Assembly (NCBI GenBank): GCA_002633005.1
Contig: NMRA01000784.1
Location: 1 to 64,000, forward strand
Length of the DNA stretch: 64,000 bases
Direction: 5' to 3'
DNA from: Phoronis australis
Lineage: Eukaryota > Animalia > Phoronida
The translations under genes were made by a program, and so were the position numbers. The notes beneath the pieces are model-generated. The model saw only the letters and a list, made by a program, of their open reading frames with translations, was not told the DNA's origin and did not search any database. Positions within the stretch are counted from its first letter, which is position 1; every line of letters starts with the position of its first letter. Of this stretch, positions 49,001 to 61,541 are shown in pieces.

Positions 49001-51340
49001 TAATGTGGATAGGAAGCTCATTCTAGACTCGAATACAGAGCCATTGCAAGTGCTGTGTCTGTGAGATGTACGAGAGGCCGTTTGACGCAAGTATGGGGGA
49101 GCAAAAGGGCGACAACTTGTGATAATGGTGTACACCAAGCGACGTTTCTTAGAAGCAGCTCTGTCTGAAGCCAAAAGGGAGAATATTAACTTTGCGGAAT
49201 TCGGGTGCTCCAATATGTGTGTTTGGGTGGACGTTCAAGAGGAAGTGATAAGTTTGTTTTGACAGCGCTGTAGTTTATCTTTATTTGCTTTAGACAATCT
49301 TGATAGTGATGAACAACAAGCACATTTGAATGACAGAGAATCAGAGGTCAAATTTACATGTGTTTCCAGTTGTGTCGTCATCTGGAGTCAGCCTTAATGT
49401 TCAGGATATCTTCCGCTGTTCTTTCGCGGGATAGAGATCGGTTAAGATGGATCCTAAAGTATTTGACTGTGCATACAAACTTTACGACATCTCCGTTACA
49501 TATAATTTTGGTGTGAGAAAGTTGATTTTGGATCCGAATGGAAAACTGTCAGCTTTGCGTGGCAAAGTGGTAACGTTCAACAAGGTGCGTGGTTTTTAAA
49601 GCTATTTGATTAAGCAATTTCCATCTACATCTGGATTCGTAGCAGACGCGTAAATGAACACCTAGTGATCAGCGTAGAGGAAAACGTTTGCAGTTCACTG
49701 TCACGTGTAGGCCATTAACATATATTAGAAAAAGGATGGTACTCATTTTTGACCGTAGCTGGAACTCTCCAATGGCGATCCAGGGACCGGACAGAGATTT
49801 AGCAAGGGAAACGCGTACGTTCAGTGTAAATAATTGGAAAACCAGCCCAGACGCGTTTTATCGAGAATGAGCGCTGCTAGCCTTCGGGTTAGTACTTTAT
49901 GGTCGTTGGTATCGAAAGGCTTTTACAGATCGAAAAGGAGCATTCCAGTGCAACTTTCGGTAATGGTCGGATATCACGTCATACCCACATTTTCAGAACC
50001 AGTTTTTTTCTACTGGATAACGGGCATCAAACTGGTTCTCAAACTATGGGCACGTTATATCATACTGTTGCCCAATTAATTTGCTCTCAACATTTCTTTT
50101 CTATTATGGTTGAACAAGTAAAGAAGGAATGAGATGGTCTCAAACCGGACTGAAGAGTACAGATGATGGAGTTGTCAGTGAAATATCGGTACAGCTGTTT
50201 GTGAAGGAGTCTTAGGCTCGAGCGCTCTTATTGTTATGGATTTTGTGTAATTTCGTTCGTGGCAAAAATCACTAAATTATATTACAAGGCTGGAAAAGGC
50301 TGTGCAAAGGCAATTCTTTGAGTGCAGTGGACTTACTTATACATGTCTAACGACAGACTGCGACTCCTTCTGCAGGTATGTTCAGGATGGGCACTGGAAA
50401 ATGGAAACATTTTTCAAATAAACAACACAGAATAACCCAGTGTTGCAAAATTAAGACAGATACATAGGCGGATTTAGGGGGGGGGGCAGGGGGCCTGCCC
50501 CCTCCCCCCCTCCCCCGTTGGCTGCCGCAAGCAAAATGAAACAGCAAGAGCGCGAAGCGTGAGGAAATACTGAGTTCAGTATAATTAGGACAAGTAGCAG
50601 GTATGGGGAATCGTTTTTTAGGCCAACGATAGGGTTTCCGAACAATAAGTCCATATTCCCGGCCCCGCCTGTGCAGGTGCGTTCACTTTGCCCAATTCCT
50701 GTGGCAACGTGTTGGGCCCACCCCTTATGGAATCCTAGATCCGCCACTGAGATATGTTGTTTTTTTCCCGGATTCTTACGTCACGTTCTTGGTTTGTACA
50801 AAGGTCGGTATTTCTGATCAATTAAAGCAGTCATGCTTTGCTGATTGAAGACTTACTTTTCAGGAATCCTTTTTGGAGGCACGGTGGCATTTTTTGAAAA
50901 CATTCGTCGAAGCCGGTACCAAAGCGATAGATTGCCCATGTTCCGGGTGAACCGGTGACACGTGAGCGTGATCGTACATCATGGTTTTACGGTGACATAG
51001 GTCAAAAAAACATGTTTGCATTTTAACATCATTAATAAACTCGGATCACATGAAATAAAGATGCACTGCATGTAGTCAGTTCACAATGACGTATTGATAT
51101 TGCTTTTGGACGAACTCACCTGTTGTAAAGGCACGTCTTCATGTTGGGAGACTTGTATAAGTACGACACTGCCGATGGTGATGGAAGCGAGGATGATGAA
51201 GGTGATGACGTCATAGACACGGCGGATCCGGAGATTTGCAATCTTCGCAAAAGAAGTTCTTCGTGTGAAGCAAGATTTGATGGGGACTTGCTTAGACGTG
51301 CCGTTTGTGGGCGCTGAAACGTATTTTGATGCAAAGGCAT
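37059..51340 (-). CDS. Gene C: basic/Ser-rich N-terminus + DUF4347-like domain (similar to the ECT2L middle domain), about 379 aa
   Basis: Exons 51340-51120, 50393-50337, 44603-44455, 43919-43801, 42507-42424, 41221-41188, 40146-40076, 39371-39286, 38521-38419, 38051-37976, 37198-37059 splice in frame (1140 nt). Product includes PRVVLISSAVRNFEQL..ILPVYYDFENTTLDEVEDLIKSELEEYRPGCKARSILLFVTGSDNFFYILKNRMVSWKKLQRPENQDILRFFANVGALISKMEPTKSAIQFLDCPLAGNHQGRKLLGTIRKTLQPN..GCELINMYFDPIKFIVWQK..*, which resembles ECT2L PRVLLISSRVP..KAQSIGIF..FWEKLG..VPLGASEAG as I recall it. The 3' eight exons are well supported; linkage of the first exons is less certain. Confidence 0.75.
39053..39209. mobile_element. 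MITE, CAG(T/G)GGCGGAT family
   Basis: CAGTGGCGGATTTAG...GGATCCGGTCCTG, TSD CATTA on both sides. Confidence 0.8.
40279..40471. mobile_element. Hairpin element built from inverted tRNA-derived SINE-like ends
   Basis: 15-bp perfect TIR ggtcacatcacgtga, inner inverted aaaaga..tctgcccc..ttcgaacc, and B-box-like GGTTCGAA on both strands. A related remnant lies at 38988-39230. Confidence 0.5.
41410..41935. repeat. Dispersed repeat, copy of 11600-12243
   Basis: Collinear similarity with the 11600-12243 copy; lies in a gene C intron. Confidence 0.8.
45037..45116. mobile_element. MITE, CAG(T/G)GGCGGAT family
   Basis: CAGGGGCGGATCCAGG...CCTAAATCCGCCACTG; flanks cctgt/tctgt (4 of 5 match). Confidence 0.75.
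46443..47348 (-). CDS. 301-aa low-complexity (S/R/K/N-rich) ORF inside gene C intron; possible alternative exon or separate gene
   Basis: Longest non-gap ORF in the window, with no recognisable domain. A weak acceptor (gatgcag) starting an exon at 47367 is phase-compatible with exon 50337-50393. Confidence 0.5.
   Translation of the reverse strand: MKSKARGNLSYGLPKINTRNQRLPSSISAILQRYNASTLVTNITITFRSPNKVEPKGKADLVAAKKNMGKHGNPSLDEEVVNFSSKKQRFTLPRNGSSGDLYDEILKSKKRLQENQMTLSEPGNAASSKSGSDRVNNSDNVSESDSRSWNSVPILPPIFEVDNEQDYDHDEDEPTMFQSERINHILGSEGLNTTRTSAKFPLPSPSQRSVSVDATPTPRAIRKQNKEKVSPIFQDFEECQREKSIISETRRELNDSRRELTEKREKTQATAARKKSRDNSLSAQVASIKARKSRQRVLNDI
50463..50749. mobile_element. MITE, CAG(T/G)GGCGGAT family
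   Basis: CATAGGCGGATTTAGG...CCTAGATCCGCCACTG, TSD AGATA on both sides. Confidence 0.8.
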
Positions 51341-53047
51341 TATTTTATGTACAAAGTAACTTTGTCAGACCAGCCCTAACGCGAAATCGAACCCTCAAAA
51401 TGATTTGCGGTTGCAGTCCAACGCTTTAATAGCAAAGATAAAGCTACTGAATAATTAACTGCTAAATTTATCAGCCTTCATTTCAACAATTGGCTGGCAG
51501 ACCAGGGCGAGAACTGGCGATTTGTAATAAAATTTAACAAAAGCACATCAGATTTTGTTGTTTTGTAGCTCTCTGCAAGGCTAATGACTTCAAGAAGTCT
51601 ATATTATCCAATAATAACATGTGCCCAACACATGATGAGGCCTGCGCACGTCTGATGCACCGCAAATGACATCAGACCACTGTTATTTTTTCATTTTTTT
51701 AATAATAACATCAAGAATGCGTTTTCGGCCTTAAAACCGATTACGCTCCTTTAATAGTGGCATGTTGCGATGAGATTAGACCAGCTTTAGATCAGCTAAA
51801 AATTGTTCACATTATCAATATTTAATGCGTCAGCCGAGCTTAACGACGTCAGAACGCACTTGTCAAACATAACGAGACAATTGTAAAGAACTCTGTCGCA
51901 TACATGTTAAATATTTAATGCATATTTTCTGGTCATTAAAATGAGAAAACTGAGAAAAATGTAAACGTGGCTGTTTACCTTTCTACCCTGGCCACCCCAT
52001 GATGCAAGGTAGTCGTCAAATCGTCTGCGGCTACTGTCAGGAGGTTCACTCGATGGGCGCGCATGTTTTATGGACATCTTTGAGCGACACCTTTCGTGAA
52101 AATAAAACTTCGGGATTGCATTAGAATATTTCGTTGGTACATGTAAAGTACTACACATAGCACTACATAAAGTTACATCATACCGCAATAATACTGATAA
52201 TGAGACAAATTTGTTCCCAGAATTGTCGACCACTGTTACTTAAATTTAATTGTTAGTCCATCTCACAGAACGTTTTCTTTGTAGTTGAGAAGAAATTTCT
52301 ATGGTTTTCACGCACATGTATAACCTACGTGTGTATCTCATGAACCACAGACGTCGTTCTGAATTACGTGATCGCGCATACGTTTCATCAAGTGATATAT
52401 TCGAAACACCCCCGGCTTACCTTTTTGTACTCGTGTATGCTTATGCAAAAATGACACACTGGCAATGTTAATCATTGCTGAAAACTCTTATGTGAAATTA
52501 TATGTTTTCACGTTGAGGAATACATTAAGTGCAATGTTGACAACCAAGTTCTGAAGTGTCTTTCGTTCGTCAAATATCCGGTTTCTGCTTGACATTCGAG
52601 AAAAGACTTTTCCCAGAACACGTATCCGAGAGATGTATAGAAAGCTTTAATTGATTACCGTCACTATATCACACGTCCAATGCAAATTCACGATACTTAG
52701 TTTTACAAGCATAAGGCGTGGTATTCCCACTGGGAACTACATGTACTCTGAACTTCTGCTTCGTACACAGCAAACACCACACGCCATTAAAATTGTATGG
52801 ACAAAACTGATTCTGTCATCGATGACCGGACCTCAATACACCCCTGAGACATGCATTCATTGTTTAGCTTCAACTTTACCTCGACATGCGACACTAAGGG
52901 GACCCCGGCTGACTTCCTCTCAGCCATACATTAACTCCAGCGCCCCCAACTAGATTGTAGTATTTTAAGAGGATCCTAAACCGGTTTTGGAGATTGCTAC
53001 CAATCCTCATTCTGTCACCTGCTGGCGTTTCACTTGAGAGTTAAAAG

Positions 53048-53204
53048 CAGGCGTGCGTTCAGTAGACGCTAGGACCTACGCTAGGACCTAGCAAAAAGCT
53101 AGTCAAGGTCACGTGCTCTTATTTAAAATACACGGTAATATCTCGCGTAATCTCGCAAAGTCTTGCTTTTAAGCTAGGTCCTAGCGTTACTGAACGAGGA
53201 CTTG
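53048..53204. mobile_element. Palindromic MITE, copy 3 (inverted)
   Basis: Reverse complement closely matches 19274-19430. Confidence 0.75.
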
Positions 53205-56200
53205 CCTAAAAACTCATACTTCCGGTACACGTATTGAGGTTCTTAGCGGGTGATCTTCTCCAGACACGTTGGATATTGCGATTCTTAGCGGGTGATCTTT
53301 CTCCACAGTTGCCGTGTAACTCGCCTAAAGTGTAAGCCACGTTTGAACGTTTAGCATTTTTGAAACGCGTTTTCAAATTTTGCTTTTAACTTTTGAGGCT
53401 TTTCGAACGTTACAATGCGTAGTATTATTTTCTCAGACAACTGAATGGAAAGGTCGTTTTTAAGATCTGTTGATAAGCTGAAAGCGGGTTTGGTATCGTA
53501 ATAAATAAGTTTTAGCAAATGTTCTGTAGAGACTGCACAGAATCGCTGATAGTGGTAGGGGCGGATCCAGGATTTTGATTTGGCACCCTCGAAAAAGCAA
53601 TCGACATTTATAGATAAAGTGTGGCCGCAAAAAAGCTGTTGATTACGTTATTATCAACAAATGCTATCAGTGCCGAGGGTACCTGCGGGGTGTTCATAGA
53701 AATTCGGCAGGGGATTAATTATTTAAAGATGAGTCATTTTTCGGTAGAAAAGGTAAGGGACAAGTTGACTAACATCAAAATTGCCAACAAATGTTCAACA
53801 CTGACCAATGTCTTCCATGTTTGTATTTTAGAAATTTTTGGAGCGAATTCAGTTGTTTTTGTTTACATTTGCATTATCGTTTATGCGTTAGGAGAATACC
53901 ATTTGATTTTCATTATGAAAATAAAAAACATTAGTTTTAAAGAACTAAAATAAAAAGTTAGCTTAAAACAATGTATTTTTAGTTCTAGAATTATAATCAG
54001 TTTTCATTTACAGTGTGAATTTCTTTTTGACAATCCTTTTCAGATTCGGGTGTGCCTGTTTTGCATGCTCAGGTACCTACAGGGTCTCCGTGAAATTTTG
54101 TATTGTGAATTTTCTTCATGTAGTGTATGCAACATTGACACGGAAATACAAAATATGACAATAACATAAGGAATAATAGTTGTTCGCATACATATCAATG
54201 TTTCAACATTGTAATCTAAATACTGATAAATTTGAATAAGACACTTTCTCAAGAACATTGACTTAACGTTATATTTTAACGCGTTTGTCAACAAAAGTGA
54301 ATTAATACCCACCAATTTTATGTTCCCAAAATTGAAAAAAATAAGGCATTGAACCCAGAAATTCAAGCGCTTGGGATTTCTTTGCTCATAGCTTTGAAAG
54401 TCTCTAACATTAACAAACAACCTTCGATTCTTTTTACCGACATTGGTTTGTATGAAACGAATATTAATGGTGTTCAATGAACAGCCATGTCAAATGTAAA
54501 AAGTTACATTAAAATGCATTTCGCTCTGTTTACCTGACTACAAACGAAAATAAAAATACTGTCATAAAATAGGTGTCATAATATTCCGTTACCAGCAAGG
54601 ACATTAAAACCGTCGGCGACTCGGCTAACGAAACACTTTAGTTTATTGGGTTAATATAGTAAGGCAACTCTAAAATAGCTAATTCGAAAATGGAAACTTC
54701 ACAAGAGTTGTATACAACTTGAGTGGCTCGAGTTGGTAACGGAAATGGGATGCTACCACCGTGCGGACTATTATGAGACTGATTCTAGGCGAAAAAGTTA
54801 AAAGGTTTAATTCCATTTTTAGTTTTTAGCCACATAAACTCTGCAAAATGAAGTTTTAAGGTAATTTCTAAAGGTTTTATTTTAGAATTTTTAAATTCAG
54901 TTAGAGTAGTTTAAAAATTGTCTAAGTGCGTTTTTATGAGCGACGGGTGCCTGTAACAGCGACGACACGCACTTGATTTTGCATTAAAAATATCAAGTGT
55001 GAAACAGACTCTTGTAATGGATGAAGGTCTTGCGGCGAGAAACAGACTCTATTTGTAATGGGCAGGAATATATTGCGGAGAAAAAAGGTACAAAATACAG
55101 ACAAGCTTTCGCGGTTCCAGGCATATTCCTGAGGACGCTGTACTCAGGCTCTCGTTTGAAGCTTTTTGTAAACAATTTGTTCAATGTCAGTGAGACCAAA
55201 CCCTTCCTAAGTTAAGATTACGCCACACTGGGTTTGAAAAAAAAATGCTCGCTGTTGCTCTCTCGATCATGTATGTACCCAAATCTGTGGTCTTAAACGT
55301 GCCAGACGGCCACATCATGAAAGCATGACTGCGCCTGCGCCACGTCTCTCTCTCCACCACGCTTTCAGAGCAGGGTTCTTACCTCTACTACTGTGAATTA
55401 CGGCAAAGAATAATCTGTTTTGTCCAATTCTATCGCCAAATCGTTGTCACTGGTCCTCAACTCAGCTAGTCCAAAAACACTAACATTAACCACGAATGTG
55501 TTTTAAACTGCATGTACGATCGCTGATCAGCTGATCAAAGGAAATAACAATCAGATTTTGCATCGATTCACCAGGGAGTCTAATGAATACCTATCGATTT
55601 CCCAGAGTAGTAATTGTCCTCTAGGCATTCTTGAATCTGGGACACTGGCTTAAAACAAAAGACCCCATTAAGAATTTATACATAACCAGTCACGCCATCT
55701 GGTGCCCTCTGGTGACGGCCGTACTTCTCGTCATGGAAACTACCAAACTCGTTTTTATGAAAGTTTTACAGTTGTCAAACGAGATGCCTGGATAAAAAAC
55801 ATTGCGTGTTACGTCAGGCTAGAGAGCTTCGGCTACCTGTTGACAGCGAACGCGCGAATCAGAGATAACAGTGTCAAGTTTATGACGTACAGTACGCGCT
55901 GTTTCGGCTACAGGTACAAGAATGCCCGGTTACTGTAGTGGCGGTGCTGTAGCCAACAAGAAAATCAGTATGTGTTGGATTTGGCGCTGTTGAAAGGTGA
56001 CTTGCAAACGTTGGACGTGTGTGATTAAGCACAAGTGACTTACAATTAAAATATTCGAAAACATTTGACAGATGAGCAAATCAAGGTTTTATTTCGGTAA
56101 GCCAATCTGTGTGTTTTACGTAGAAAATCATCTACTGGTGTGTTCAAAAATGGGTTTCGTTAGTTCATTTTAGATAGTACTAAAGTAATACCCTCGATTC

Positions 56201-58882
56201 TGTTGAGTAGTTGAACAGTTTGATCTGGTTACCATTGCGGGTAGTCAGAACTATTCTGAAAGGTGGCTAAATGGTGGAGACGGGGTGGAGGCAAACGCAA
56301 AATTGATTTGGTATTGACCACGAAGGTCTTACTGTGCGTGAATAAACCGGGCTGACATGGCCCATTTATGCCCTCCACCCTCGCTACGTCAGTGTCACGA
56401 TGAAGTTTGTCCGAGAAGTGTGAGCGCGGCAGGGTAGGGGGGGCAGTTGCTTCCGGGCGCCAGAAGAGGGGTGTTGGAAAAGGGTGGCGACCAGTGCGTG
56501 GCATCGAACTGGTGGCGACCGGGACAGGGGGCAAAGCTACGATCAGAGTAACATCATTATAGTTTCCTGCCCTTGGTAAAACAATATCCCATGTACAAAA
56601 ATTCTAAGCGCTCATTTTTTCTCATGCCAAAAGTGATTTGGGGAAAAATGCAGAAAGATTTATAACTAATTCACAAACTCTCGACAAATATTCCCGTTTG
56701 CTTTGAATATTTCTAATCGAAGCATTCTTCTCGTTTCCTTTCGTGAAATATTACGGAAATTGAGATGCTTTAGCACGGAACATAGTATTGTTTTCCGACA
56801 CACACTGCAACCGGACACCTGTGGCTCTCTGAGTAAAATCAGCAACGCGACGAGAACCTCAGAAGAAAGGTCAAAGTTCAAACATTTAATGGAGCAAGAC
56901 ACATGCAGTGCGCTACGTCAACTCAAGTATGGATGAACTTTCTAAAATCGCTAAAAAGTTGCACAAATTTAACCTTTTTAGGATTAGGGTCAATTGGAAA
57001 TTAAAATCCTCTCATGGGTTGTTACCTTCCGTGCGACAAGACTATACGCGGAAATGTAGGCTAACCTTATGACCTAGTAAGCAAAGAATGCCCATCTCAA
57101 ATGTCCGCCTTCGCATTAAAATGTAGCGAAGATCTCTACTGTTAAAGCCGTACCTGAGGCATGCTTGTATTTCTCTTTCTCATATGAGAAACGTTCAAGT
57201 GGAAGCTAAATTACAAAATTTAAGTGAGTGGTATGACCCCTGTGGCTTCGTCCCAGACCAGGACCCATCTGAGCTGACACCACGTACTTTTTTTTGGAAA
57301 ATGAGAATAACTAAATATACATCACCCCATCAATTGTAAAAAAGGCATGTCAGAACAAATTAATTCTATTTTCTTTGCCTTAGGCACATGTATAAGTATA
57401 ACAAATCATTTTCCACTGACCAAACAAACTGAAGAACAGGTCTTATAGTTAACACGGAATTATACTCTTTAATATCTAAAATGTATTTTTCAACAATGTA
57501 ACAAATCTAATCAAGCAACTTTTCAAAATGGAATAGAAATCATATGTCAAGTTAAGAAACAGCAAAATAAATTGCTTCAATCTGCAGCACCTGTAGTAAA
57601 TGTTCAGTGCTTCAATTTTGCAGTAAGTAATTGAACAGGTCATGAGAAATTTAAGTTCTAATGGCTATGAAGCACCAGCACTAGTGGAGCAGCAACTCCA
57701 TCTGGTGGCAAAATTGTTCACATGATGAGGAAGACCACAACATAAATACAAAGGAGACAGGCACATACATGAAATGGCACCTTCGTGTCAACCTAAAAAG
57801 AAATTCTCATCCCACCATACTTAACTTGTATTTTGATTTCTTCCTTCGTGGACACATTTTGTCTTTGTTTTTCATTTAAACACATCCAAGTCAACAAAAC
57901 ACAATAATGACCTTGAAAACAACTTCACTGAACAAAGGTGACACTATGTTATCTGAGAGTCCTGCAACGTGTAAAGATTAATTAATCTACAAAATGTAAA
58001 TGAGGCTTTGAGCTTGGTCGATATCAAAATTTTTGTCTAAAATCCGAGTTTTGGAGCTTGTATAAGGACTAGACTTTCTAAAACAATTTTAGATGTACTA
58101 TTAACATGGCTGACCTGAATAATACATGAACATAAAATTACAAGAACGTTTAAATTTATAAAATAAAATAAAATCCTTCTCAAATAATTAATCTGATGTA
58201 TCATATACATAAATGTTCGAAACATAGAAATATCGAAATTGATAAATCTTACGAAGATGGTACAGGGCTCTACAACCTCTAAACAAGAAACTCTTCTTCA
58301 CAACGAAGACAAAATAACTGGCAATTTTTGCCACTGTGTGGATGAGGACAAGACAAGACAGACATATCCCTTCAACATTCCGCTGAGTACATCTAAATTT
58401 ACAATTTTTCAATTTGAAAGGAATGTTACCAAAAGAGGAAAATCAGATTAAGCAAAATCGTCTAATTATAAGCACTCGGGACTTGGAACGACCCATGACA
58501 AAAAAGAGGAAAATTTTCCAAGTGATGTAACGTTCTACAAACAAATAGGCTTGTGTGATAGAAATATTTTATGGGTTGCAAGAAAAGAAGAAACTGGAAA
58601 TCAAATAAGAGGGATTTGAAACCAAAATAAGAGAAAATCCTCATAAAAGAGGAACATTTCCAAGCACTGAGCGCTGCACTAACAGACGTAATGTTCCAAA
58701 CACAATTTGAGCACTAAAAGCAACAAATCCAAGACTGTGACCTGATTTCATGCGAAGTGCAACTTGCAAGCTAAGCACATTTACCACAGTCAGACTACCT
58801 CTAATGACCAAGAGATTCAGCGCACCTCAGCTCCCATTAACCCCACCATGGAGGTCACGTCATTTTCATGTGCTTCGTTGTT

Positions 58883-59130
58883 TCTGAACCGTTTGAAATT
58901 ATCTCCCCTTACCTCCAAATCATAATCCTCTCCCCTTGCGCTACACAAAGGACTCAAGCATCACACTGTCTCTGAACCAATCGCACTTATCTACCCTAAC
59001 CTCCAATCCATAATTAACTCCCCTGGTCCAACATAAAGATCGCATGTACCTCCGTGTCTCTGAATCATTCCTACTTATCTCCCCTTCACCTGCTATTTAA
59101 AGTTATCACCCCTGCTTTTACATAAAAGTT
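58883..59130. repeat. Diverged 88-bp tandem repeat, 3 units, overlapping the SAPCD2-like stop codon
   Basis: tctgaa..ttatct.ccct anchors at 58883, 58971 and 59059. Confidence 0.7.
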
Positions 59131-60714
59131 GTGTCATCTCCATAGATCTTCTTGCTGTCCTTAGAACTCCGTGCTTCAAAAAGCTGTCTCACCAAGGTGA
59201 CTTTCTCTTTCTCAAGTTGACTGATTCGCTGACTTTTCTGCGTGACCTCCTGTAAATAATGACAAATTCAACTTGTGACAACTCCGTGACAGCAACAGAA
59301 ATCAAGTCATTGATTGCAAAAATCCTCACATCCCATAGACTATTTCAGGTCTTACAATATCAACACTTCTTTCACTTTTTACTGCTTTTGTTAAGTATTG
59401 TACAAAATAACAATGTATTTCCTGTTGAAATTTGTGAGGACACTCTTGGAAATCAGTGTTCTTTTACCGAAAAGCTTGCCCTCATTTTTTAAATGTTAAC
59501 ATAAATTAAACATTATTAAATGTTAAGTTGCCAAAATTTTCTGAAAGACCTGAATGTAAACAAGCAGAGTTACTGAGGGGTTACTTAAACATTTCCAATT
59601 AAGAAGAGACTACTTCTTTTCTCAAAAACTTTTATGAAATGATAATATCTGGACTACAAACATCTGCCGGAAACAAACCTTGGTCAACATTCTGTTCTGT
59701 GCCTTCAACATGGTGGTCAAGTGGCCAGATTCGGACTCAGACTGTGGTGGACGCTGAGACGGGGGTGGTCGCTGCTGGTGGCTCTGGGTGGCCAGGTTCA
59801 TGTGACTGGGGAATCCCTACGAGGAAAGGCAAACAGCTACTGGACTTAACTGGACAGTTGCCTTAAGTTTTCTACATGAATATGTTTTAAGCCTAATCAA
59901 AGCAGAGTAGTGTTCCCAACTTTGAGCTCAGAAGCTGAAAAAAGCGGTGATGTCAAATCAGTTCAAAAATGGTGGGGCAGTCTCCTATATAGACAGTTAT
60001 TTACAAATTAAATTTCATGAAAATCCACCAAGGAACTTCGACAACACAGATGCAAACGCAAAAATAAAATTGCACCTAGGGATCATAGTGGTTGTCTGAA
60101 CAGTCCGGAACTCGTCACCATCTGCCGTCAGCTTCATAGGAACACATATGCCAAATCTCATTAAGACCGTGCAATTCGTTTAGGAGACACGCCCAGAAAG
60201 AGATGACGACAAAAAAGCACACATATTACGTATACATGGGTGCATAAAACACCGTGAAATCCCTTTGCCTAATGTCTCCATTATGCAGTGGCCACCAAAT
60301 ATACTATCGCTGTCTAGTTATTAAAAGCATTCAACACTGCTGCATAGAAATGGCAATTTAGTAAACATTTTAATATCTGTAAACGTCATACTATTACCTG
60401 CTAAACAGTGAAAAGTTTGCAAGAATGAAAAAACACCAACTATAACCTTACTTACACACTTTAAATAAAGTTTCAAGCGATCGGTTACTCCTTTGTTTCT
60501 TACGGATTTCGCAAAATGAAAATCAAGACAATTCAACTGTTACTTGAATTTCGGTATCCCAAATTTTAGTAACAGGCCCTAACTCGGGTAGAAACCATGA
60601 CAATCTTACTTTCTCAGGGCTCTCAATTAACACCCTCAGCTGCCTGTTGACATCAGCAATTCTAGCTGACACGAAGTTGAGCCTCTCCTGGTATTTCTCC
60701 TCAGAAACCGATTC
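59118..60714 (-). CDS. SAPCD2: Suppressor APC domain-containing protein 2-like, last three coding exons (5'-partial)
   Basis: Exons 60714-60610, 59816-59679, 59249-59118, all phase 0: ..ERLNFVSARIADVNRQLRVLIESPEK/GFPSHMNLA..MLKAQNRMLTK/EVTQKSQRISQLEKEKVTLVRQLFEARSSKDSKKIYGDDTTFM*. Matches the SAPCD2 C-terminus QNRLLTQEVTEKSERITQLEQEKSALIKQLFEAR..STFI*. Confidence 0.88.
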
Positions 60715-61363
60715 CTGAAGAAAGAGAGATGATATACATATCGAGTAGCAATTGATACATGAACCAGACTATTATCAAGTTTAGACTAGATCACAAAACA
60801 TTGCGAATGAGAGTAAGATTCCATACAGAACCCTTAACACTTGCAGGGCCCTCCTCCATCACCTGAGGGAAAGGTGCCTGTGCCTTCTGAGAGGAGAATT
60901 TTTTAAGGTGAGGGGAAAATTATACCGACCAATCACCATCAATTGCACCCCCACCCCTGTTGCAAAAAACCAAAGCTCTTTCAAATTGTCACCTGTGTGA
61001 GCTACAGGTGATCAAGCGATTCGAACCTCGAGGGGAATTTGTCAATCACTTGACGGGAATTTTTGGGTCTCACGAGGGGAATTTTGTGATTTTTCAATAT
61101 TTTTCAGAGGCAAATAGAGCCGATGTAGAGTACCAGAATCAAGGATTGAGGACCCTAGACCTACGTGAGCACAAACACAACAATCTATGCTTTATGCATA
61201 ATTGTTGTATAATTATAATAATTGTTGCATAATAATAATCTATGCTTTGTGTAATGTTCACCAAAATAATTTTAGGGATCATATTTAATATGTTCCACTT
61301 TTGTATTAAGTTATCAGAACTGTACTTCAGTGATTACAAAGAAACAACTCACAAGTTGTACGC

Positions 61364-61541
61364 GCAGTTTCAGACCCACTTCCCCCTGCATTATCAGACC
61401 CACAAGCCCCGCAGTATCAGACCCACCAGCGCTGCAGTATCAGACCCACTAGCGCTGCAGTATCAGACTCACTAGCGCTGCAGTATCAGACCCACTAGCG
61501 CTGCAGTATCAGACCCACTAGCGCTGCAGTATCAGACCCAC
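61364..61541. repeat. 23-bp minisatellite running into an assembly gap
   Basis: (cagacccactagcgctgcagtat)n, followed by an N run at 61542-62539. Confidence 0.95.

Noticed and set aside
61364-61541. 23-bp repeats as a CRISPR array
   Set aside because: Units are directly adjacent with no unique spacers, there are no cas genes, and the context is eukaryotic.
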